Source: Zygophlyctis sp. KS116 (lineage: Eukaryota > Fungi > Chytridiomycota). From it: a stretch of 32,000 nt of DNA. Positions 24,383 through 32,000 of the stretch are shown in pieces. The position numbers and the translations under genes are program-made. The stretch's first letter is position 1. Every line of letters starts with the position of its first letter. The DNA lies in the NCBI GenBank assembly GCA_054661495.1, contig BAAFSQ010000100.1, forward strand, positions 1 through 32,000, given 5' to 3'. The notes beneath the pieces are model-generated. The model saw only the letters and a list, made by a program, of their open reading frames with translations, searched no databases and was not told the DNA's origin.

Positions 24383-25083
24383 ATGCAACTCATTTCCAAA
24401 CTCTTCATTATTAGTTATCGTAAGTGTTTCTAATGTTTTAATTGATAGTTATATTCGATAGTTCTCAACAGCCAAAGGGGACCAGGCCTTCCCCATCTCC
24501 GCCAGAATCTCCTCCTCCAGTCTCTGTGTCGCCAGCATCTCCTCCTCCAGTCTCTCCTCCTCCAGAAACATCACCGGTTATAATAAGGCCATCTCCATCT
24601 CCTCCGTCTCCGTCTCCATCTCCTCCTCTCCCATCACCGGTTATTCCATCTCCAACAGATCCTTCTGATGAACCGGGGACCACTTTCATTATTGTTACCG
24701 ACAACGACGGAAGTTCACCAGTTGTTAGAACTGTAATACTCCCACAATCTACTCCAACTTCTAAAGTAAATAATACAGCCTCGAAAAGCTCTTCTGAAGC
24801 CAGTAATTCTTCCAATGTGGCATTGGGAGCTGGTTTAGCAGTTGGAATTCTGTGTCTAGCGATACTTGGAATTTGGATTTTCAAAAAGCAAGTTTCTAAA
24901 TCGGAAGAGTTTAAGAATAGACTCAACAGACCGGGATCACCGCCACCTGCTGCTTATGAGAAAAGTATTCCTTCGAATGGGAGTGCAGAATTGGAACGAC
25001 AGCAACCATTTGGAGGATATGATGCGGACTCTTTTGAATATAACGCTAATCCAGAAGGCAAACCGAAATATGCACTATTTTAG
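24383..25083 (+). CDS. Pro/Ser-rich single-pass surface protein no. 2
   Basis: MQLISKLFIISY, 29-nt intron 24420-24448, SP/PPS stalk, TM VALGAGLAVGILCLAILGIWIF, tail with SEEFKNRL and GYDADSF. Confidence 0.75.
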
Positions 25084-25248
25084 TGAATCAATAAATTCTC
25101 TCAACTTGAAATTCTTAATGATCCATTGAGGACAAACAATCCATTGAGTAATAAACTAGACGTTTAAACATTATGAGACTTATCCTGAGAAACTTAATTA
25201 TGGATTATCATGCGACTTTCAGCATGAACAAGCTGCTTTTGATACAAA

Positions 25249-26310
25249 ATGATGCAGGAGTTAAACAAGTGGAACAATGCTAAATGGAAATATTGGACTT
25301 TGACTATTAAAGATTGTAATTGGAAACCTCCTGGAAGAATTGAAAAACTCTCAAATATAAAATATATCAGAGGACAGCTAGAGTTTTCTAAAAGTCAATA
25401 TCTTTACTGGAAAATTGCCATTCAATATTTTGAGCCAACTAGTGTCTCTAACGTAAGAGATCAGTTTTCAAAGGAAGCGCATGTAGAACCCATATATTCG
25501 CAAACTGAATGGAATTATGTCTGGAATGAAAATTCTTTATGTAAGGGGACTCGATTTGAATTGGGTGATAATTCGGACATGATGAATACAATTTCTGCAA
25601 GAAAGTCAGGATCAGAAGTAAATCCATTTGTGGTTGAAACTCAACAAAAATTAGATATCAATGATTTGGAAAAAAAACTGATAAATATAGCAGAAAATCT
25701 ATACTTTCTTCCAAATGAATTCTTGGAAATATTGTGGAATATTGTTCAAAATGTAGAAATTGATGAAGTAATCGATGCAACAAATTTGAAAGATTTTGAT
25801 AAACTATTGGGTGTAGAATCACCAAATATGATTGATCCTTTAAAAACAAATTTTGAAATTCCAAAGAATCAAGGAAAAGATCAGGATATTCAAGAGCTTG
25901 AAAAATTGGTTCAATTAATTCATTCAACAAATTTAGAAGATTATGATGAATTTCTGGAAATGGAATCTCAAGATATTGCAAAGTCTTTAGGGCTGGTGAC
26001 TCCTCCTTCAAAGAGAACCATTGGTTTTCCTAAAAATCACGGAAAGAAATGGCAGGTTATAGATATTGAAGATTTGGATAAGGATTTAAAATCAGATTTT
26101 ACTCTTGAAGAAATTGCTCAAAAATTAAATCGGACAAAGAAATCAATTCAAATTAAAACTTGTGAATGTGCAATCAGATTAATCAATAGTGGAGTTTGTC
26201 CTGAAAGGGTGATTCAGCTTTACAAGAATAAGGTTGACATGAAAATGCTAATCGACCATCTGGTATACAGAAATTTAAGTACAAGTAATAAAAGACCAAA
26301 AACAAAATGA
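25249..26310 (+). CDS. Chimeric protein: CRESS-DNA-virus Rep-like HUH endonuclease domain (altered motifs) plus repeated Myb/HTH-like C-terminus; putative endogenous viral element-derived gene
   Basis: aa 11-106: YWTLTI (motif I), YIRGQLE, YLYWK (motif II position), AHVEP, YVWN (motif III position), GTRFELG. C-terminus PKNHGKKW..TLEEIAQKLNRTKKSI. No Walker A; intronless. Confidence 0.75.
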   Translation: MMQELNKWNNAKWKYWTLTIKDCNWKPPGRIEKLSNIKYIRGQLEFSKSQYLYWKIAIQYFEPTSVSNVRDQFSKEAHVEPIYSQTEWNYVWNENSLCKGTRFELGDNSDMMNTISARKSGSEVNPFVVETQQKLDINDLEKKLINIAENLYFLPNEFLEILWNIVQNVEIDEVIDATNLKDFDKLLGVESPNMIDPLKTNFEIPKNQGKDQDIQELEKLVQLIHSTNLEDYDEFLEMESQDIAKSLGLVTPPSKRTIGFPKNHGKKWQVIDIEDLDKDLKSDFTLEEIAQKLNRTKKSIQIKTCECAIRLINSGVCPERVIQLYKNKVDMKMLIDHLVYRNLSTSNKRPKTK

Positions 26311-26479
26311 TTTAAGTTTTGTATTTAAATCTAAATTTGTGAACTAATTAGTCTCATGTCCGAATACTAAATCAGTAGAAAATTATTTAACCTGAAAGAG
26401 AAATTTCTCTATCAGCTCATTGTCGGGTGGTGAAATAAATGCCCGATGAGAACAATGCAACATTTAAGAAAAAAACAAA

Positions 26480-26837
26480 ATGAAATGGATCATCATTCTC
26501 ATTAGCTTTTGTAAGATTATCAACATAAAATTAATTATAGTTGTTCTGATAGTTGTTGGCCAAGCAAATAACACTAGTGTTGCGCCTCCACAAGCTACAT
26601 CAAACAGCACACCATCCCCAAAGGTAATGATGAATCTTGTCGGACTTAGAACCTCACCATCAAACAATACCGCAACATCATCATCGCCAAATGCACCAAG
26701 TCCTTTGGTCTGGGGCATTATCATTGGAGTGGGCATACTTCATTTCTGTTGCGATCATACTGTTTAGAAAATATTCTAACAGGATATCGCAAGAGGGTCG
26801 GGTTACATCTGTTAGGCTCCTATCAGAGCTAAATTAA
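26480..26837 (+). pseudogene. Frameshifted, shortened paralog of surface protein no. 4
   Basis: Near-identical upstream region, signal exon and 30-nt intron (26511-26540) to the gene at 27513. The TM segment switches frame (WGIIIGVGI.. / ..FISVAIILFRKYSNRISQEG), with a stop at 26767 in the first frame. Confidence 0.6.
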
Positions 26838-27512
26838 TATAGGAATTTAATAGTAAGTGGGCGTATTCGGCGAAAAAAACGCACGCTCGAACTGATTACG
26901 ATGTACAAATTTGAGCCATGAGTGCTTCCAATGATTAAAGAACAGCTCTGACAGACCGCATTACAGCCCAAAAAAGTGATGAAAATATTGATTTGACAGA
27001 GGAAATTCTTAAACTGAATAACTTGTAGTTTTCTCAAAGAAGGAAGTATATATAGCTGAATTTATGCTCATAGATGTTTTCGAGGGAAGAGATATGATCG
27101 GACTTAGAAGTGGGAATGGTTCGGTGAATGATAGAACAATTGGGGCAGCAGCTTGGGGAAATCTTAAACGTTCTGAACAAAAAGAATGGGAACAAAAGGA
27201 ATTATTTTATAACTTATTGGTAGAAGAAGTAGCTATGATTCATTAAATTTCATACATCTCCAATACACACAAAATCATGGGTTAGTTCGAGCGTCACATT
27301 TTATTCGCCGAAATCCGCCCTTGACTGGGGTTTTTGGTTTTTGTTGTGGTTCCTATATATTCAAATGTATAAATAAGATGGTTGTTATCGTATTTGAAAC
27401 TTTTCATCTTAAGCCTATTTTAAATTCATGATGAAAAATTCAACCAACGGATGCATTGTTTAGTGAAATAAATGCCCGATGAGAACAATGCAACATCTAA
27501 AAAATAAACAAA

Positions 27513-28283
27513 ATGAAATGGATCATCATTCTCATTAGCTTTTGTAAGATCATCAACATAAAATTAATTATAGTCACTTTGATAGTTGTTGGCCAAGGAA
27601 ATAACACTAGTGTTGCGCCTCCACAAACTTCACCTCCACCAGCAACCTCCAGCCCGCCTCAACCACCACCTCCTCCTCCGCCTCCACCAACATCATCCAT
27701 TCAACCACCTCCTCCTCCGCCTCCACCAACATCATCCATTCAACCACCTCCTCCTCCGCCCCCACCAACATCATCCATTCAACCACCACCTCCTCCGCCT
27801 CCACCAACATCATCCAACCCTCCACCGACATCTGCTCCACGACCTTCTTCAACTCCTGCCTCCAGTCGGACGAATTCTGGTCAACAGGGTACTACTACTA
27901 TGACTGATTTAACAACTTCTACAACTTCTACAACTTCACCATCTTCAACATCAAACCAAGCCTCATCATCGTCATCAAATGCTTTGATCGTGGGAATTTC
28001 AATCGGATTAGTTTTACTTGTCCTAGCAGTTGTTGGAATTATGATTTTTAGAAATGGAATGAATGGATTATCTAAAGCTGGTAATGATTCTGAATCTCAA
28101 GGCCATGAATTGACTCCAGTACAGTACCAGCGTCAACAGGCGTCAACACCGATAAGAGAAGGCAGTTTTCAGTCTCAACCCGCACAGACACCACCGAATG
28201 GTTATAATGCTGATTATTTTGATTCACAAGGAAATTTCAGTTATGATTCACCTCGAGCTAGAAATACTGGCGCATATTTATGA
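27513..28283 (+). CDS. Polyproline/Thr-rich single-pass surface protein no. 4
   Basis: MKWIIILISF, 30-nt intron 27544-27573, FTLIVVGQ; repeated PPPPPPPTSSIQ; TM ALIVGISIGLVLLVLAVVGIMIF; tail GYNADYF. Confidence 0.8.
   Translation: MKWIIILISFCKIINIKLIIVTLIVVGQGNNTSVAPPQTSPPPATSSPPQPPPPPPPPPTSSIQPPPPPPPPTSSIQPPPPPPPPTSSIQPPPPPPPPTSSNPPPTSAPRPSSTPASSRTNSGQQGTTTMTDLTTSTTSTTSPSSTSNQASSSSSNALIVGISIGLVLLVLAVVGIMIFRNGMNGLSKAGNDSESQGHELTPVQYQRQQASTPIREGSFQSQPAQTPPNGYNADYFDSQGNFSYDSPRARNTGAYL
27660..27830 (+). repeat. 36-bp coding minisatellite (about 4 units encoding QPPPPPPPPTSSI-like peptide)
   Basis: Repeated caaccacctcctcctccgcctccaccaacatcatccatt-type units. Confidence 0.9.
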
Positions 28284-28380
28284 TCAGCTACTTTAACTAT
28301 TAAATAAATTTTCTGATAACAATGATATTATTATTTCTAGTGCATTGGCGGATGTATTCATTATTGTCCAGAAGGGTTTA

Positions 28381-29388
28381 ATGCCAAAGATCCCCATTAC
28401 AGTATTTACAGGATTTCTAGGAGCTGGAAAGACGTCAATCATTCTTTCTTTGTTGAACTCATTACCCAAAGAGTACAAACCAGTTCTACTTAAAAATGAA
28501 TTTGGAGACGCTAATGGTACCGATTTTTAATAAAAATTAGTTGATAGTAGACTGGCAAACGAACAAAATATTAAGGTTTCTGAAATGATTAATGGCTGCT
28601 TGTGCTGTGTTTTGGTCGGTCAAATGAAGAATGCGCTTTATGATCTAAAGGAATTAAGTCCTGATCGGATCATTATCGAAACTTCAGGATCTGCATTCCC
28701 TGCTCCTATCGCTTGGCAAATAAGAGAGTTGGAAGACGACTTTGTATTAGATGCAATTATAACTGTGATTGACGTTGTATCATTTACTGGATATTCGGAC
28801 ACAAGTTATACAGGTATTAGAGAAACTATTTGACTCACTTTAGCACGACTGCAAGCTCAGTATACAGATCTGATCATTATGAACAAGCATGAACTAGTCA
28901 CAGAAAGAGAATTTGATTTAGTTTTAGATTCTGTCAACGATTTAAATTTGGACACCCCAAAAGTAAAGTTTAGTCTAAAAGATGGGATATCTTCTGATGT
29001 GGTTTTTGGAATAGACACTAAATTATTTGAGCTTGCCAACAGGGAGGAGCAAGCAGTTGAATTTACGCTGGAAAGAGATCACCACGAAAACGAAGTTGAT
29101 GTAATTAGAATAAAGTATGACTCAGGACCGGACTGGTCTCAATCAGAATTGGATACGTTTCTTTCTTCTCTTTCGGTTGAATATTATTATAGAGTCAAAG
29201 GCGTGATAAGATTTGGAACTGAAGTCTATATTCTCAATTGGGCTTTTGGGAGATATTCGTTAACGCAAGCTACAAAAACTTTTAGTGAAATCTCAAAAGT
29301 GCATTTGAATATTATGGGTATAGATCTCAAGAATACAGTTCAAACTTTAGAAAAATCATTCGGAGCAGGAAACGTAATTCTTATTTAA
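28381..29388 (+). CDS. COG0523/CobW (Zng1-like) metallochaperone GTPase
   Basis: IPITVFTGFLGAGKT, NEFG, GCLCC, IIIETSG, NK motif, YRVKG. Introns 28517-28540 and 28814-28843. Confidence 0.9.
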
Positions 29389-31009
29389 CTACTTTCTTTT
29401 CCCGCTTCTTGTCCCCCCATCAAACAGGCTATCAGAGCAGCTCCCTGACCTGAACCATCTCGTGCTATGTTCAAACTATAATATTATATTTACCTTGAGC
29501 CAGAACAATGTTCTCAGCCGTTATACCTACAACTTCCCGAAGCGCATCTTTCATTCGATTCGCATAATGTGGATAATTAACAAATACACTACCATCAATA
29601 GCCACAGTACAATCATTCAATCTATTGATTTTTGTAATAATAGCTGCTATCCCTGCTGCTGCTAACCTTGCCGAACGAGTTCCGACCAACTAAACAATTA
29701 TGTTAATAAACTTTACCTCACAAATTCGTTTGACAGCACGACGATCATCAAAAGATGTAAAAGGAACTTTGAAAAGATCCTCCAAAACTGCCTTTGTGTC
29801 TGAAAGTTCCAAGGAATGATCTCTTTCAATTCGTGACATGTGAGACGTGTCTATAGAATTTTTGGTCTCCAAAACTTTTGATGAACACCCGGAAAACAAT
29901 TCACCAGTTGATATAAGATCTACAATAACTAGTCTAACTATTTCTCCCAAATATAGACCCGAAATCATCTTTTCAAACCGTTGCTAAATTCAGGCAGATG
30001 ATTATTACCTCTTTTGGATGAGCAGATTCTCTATCCAATTGTAAATCATAAGGTGTAATAGGAAGTACTACCGATTCATTATCAAAAGCTCCCCATTCCA
30101 TATTCACAATCATTTCCCCAGTTGATGGGTTTGGCCCTTCCCATTTTGGTATCTCTTCAATCCTTTCTAAATATGCTGCATTAGTTCCAGTACCAATAAT
30201 TGCACCGATATATGTTGAAGGATCAGCATAAGAATGCGCAATCAGTGCGCCTACAGTATCATTGACAATTGCAGTAACTTCTACAGACAACCCCTGTCTC
30301 GTTAAAGCATCTTGAAGAAGCTTTCCAATATCCTGCCCTTCAACCCCTGATGTATTAAATCCTTTAGTCCATTGTATAAGATATGCATTCTTTATATTGA
30401 ACTGCTTGCAAGGAAATGAGAATGTGAATCCCAACTGACGAAAAGAATCTTGTTGTATTCCATTTTCTACAAAGAAATCAACGATTGATGCAGCAAAAAA
30501 ATCAAACAAATCCTCACCTTTCCCAGTTCGTAATTTTTCTGATACAACAAACTTCTTTTGTAGCATTCGGACTATAATTGAGCGTAAAACAACTTACCAG
30601 AACCATTTCCTTCGAGATTAACTTCGCAAACTCTAAAATTCGTTCCGCCAAGATCCAAAGCCAAATAAAGACCTTTTTCCTGTCCAGTTGCTCTTCGTAT
30701 TACATGAGATGGAATCATCCTGAGTGTAGAGTCAGGAAAGCTCAATCCCCGCACCATTTCTTTCACAAAATGCTTGACCATTTCATGAAGTTTGGATGTA
30801 GGAACTGACAGCAGAGATTCAAGTCGGGTCAGTGTGTCTTCATTGATACTTCCTCTGGACCGACGTGTTGAAGTCGAGCGATGTTTCGATGCGTTATTGA
30901 CATCTTCAGTTTTGGTAGATTTTAAAACACTCAATAAAAACACAGCGGTTGAGGCTATTACAATACCTGTAGTAACACCAAACATAAAGTTGAGTCTATC
31001 ATTGTTCAT
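29385..31009 (-). CDS. Hexokinase with N-terminal hydrophobic segment
   Basis: LALDLGGTNFRV, LGFTFSFP, WTKGF, VNDTVG, IGTGTNAAY, NMEWGAF, FEKMISGLYLGE, DGS, DGSGQGAAL. Introns 30572-30597, 29984-30008, 29690-29716, 29465-29493. Confidence 0.95.
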
Positions 31010-32000
31010 TTAAAGCTTTCAATCCGAACCCAAGCCCAGTGGGCGTCGTCAATGTTCCTAGCGCTCGTCTCCATTTTCGACTCATCATATTTAAACCAAT
31101 CTGAAAAGATGCATTCATCCATCCAAATCCTTCCTTGACGACATACTTAAAGTCAGCACCGACATTCCCATATTCTACATCAACTTTGTGTGTCATGTTT
31201 ACAATATCAAACTTTTCAGGAATGACTCCATTAAAGTCAAAAAAGGCTTTTGTGAGCGTATATAACCAACGATAAGCTACACGATGTGCATCCTCAGTAA
31301 ATCCATAATTTAAAAGGCCGTTCCAAGCTAAAATCTAAGGTTAAAAATCAATGATAATTACTTGATGTGGAGCCCATCCAAACGGATAATCCCACCTAAA
31401 ATTTATCTAAAATATAAATTACTGTCGATTTGGTCTATCTACTCCTATTCTACCTCGAGATCTTTCAGTCCCAGAAACTAGACCACCTTCAACTTCGAAA
31501 AGAGAAAGTGCCACAGGTACCATTTTTTCAGCTTGTTCTTTACTAGCTACATTTGACCAAAGGGCCCAAAAGCATGTTACTGATTCATACTTTATTTGCT
31601 CTTTTTTAGAAGTGTCATAGTCAAAATATAAGGACTTTTCAGGATTCCAGAGGTATAAATCGATCTGATCTTTAGACTTTTTTGATAATTGTGAGAATAA
31701 TGATGAATGCAAATAAACCGTAAAATAATTATCTCCGCTTGGGCCTTCTTCCATCAATACTAGTTCAAATTCCTTCTGATGGTATCCATGGCGGTAATCC
31801 TCGTCTGCATCATCATCAAATACCTTTATTCCTTTTGCCCAAGATGAATCCCAGTTTCCGTGATTTCCTATAGAGCCAGTGACTCCCTTTTCACGTATCA
31901 TTTTTTCCCACACTTTGTAAGATTCTAAATAGATATCGTCTTTGCCTTTACGAACATGCAGCTTAATAGAGCTATCAAAATGTTTCGATAGTATAGCTGA
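30999..32000 (-). CDS. Neutral trehalase (GH37, NTH1-like), 3' portion; 5' end lies beyond the window
   Basis: YLWN..YFDYD, YESVTCFWALW, GGLVSGTE..RQWDYPFGWAPHQ (introns 31396-31422 and 31335-31361), EYGNVG..EGFGWMNAS. Confidence 0.92.

Noticed and set aside
25085-25250. CRESS origin of replication (stem-loop with NANTATTAC) near the Rep-like ORF; a 10-bp direct repeat atccattgag at 25121 and 25139 and a minus-strand GTTTATTAC were noted
   Set aside because: The nonamer does not fit the consensus, there is no enclosing stem and no capsid ORF nearby. The short repeat could be chance.
27660-27830. CRISPR-like appearance of 36-bp repeats
   Set aside because: Units are contiguous with no unique spacers, they encode polyproline, and the context is eukaryotic.
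23649-27903. Val/Gly-rich, His/Leu-rich and VEWMML-repeat ORFs (23649-23915, 24465-24926, 27586-27903, 27607-27852)
   Set aside because: Alternative-frame or antisense readings of the Thr/Pro-rich repeats.

Overview
Compact, AT-rich eukaryotic nuclear DNA, most consistent with a zoosporic, chytrid-like fungus (inferred from fungal-type genes, a vasohibin and tiny introns). I read about 23 protein genes or gene remnants, one tRNA-Leu(CAG) and roughly 45 GT-AG introns, all 23-31 nt long. Housekeeping genes include an SPB4/DDX55 helicase, CPSF3/YSH1, a USP36-like protease, SNF5/SFH1, TRM44, an S10 carboxypeptidase, an MFS transporter, CobW/Zng1, hexokinase and neutral trehalase. Highlights: (1) an intact, intronless 353-aa ORF (25249-26310) whose N-terminus looks like a CRESS ssDNA-virus Rep HUH endonuclease with altered catalytic motifs and no helicase, fused to a repeated Myb/HTH-like C-terminus, inside a cluster of Pro/Ser/Thr-rich single-pass surface-protein genes; (2) trehalase and hexokinase are co-oriented with overlapping stop/start and a possible in-frame fusion intron; (3) tandem endoglycoceramidase-like GH5 genes share 470 bp of identity and are otherwise diverged; (4) a structured ncRNA candidate next to the tRNA. 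All family calls are by motif recognition; no searches were run.
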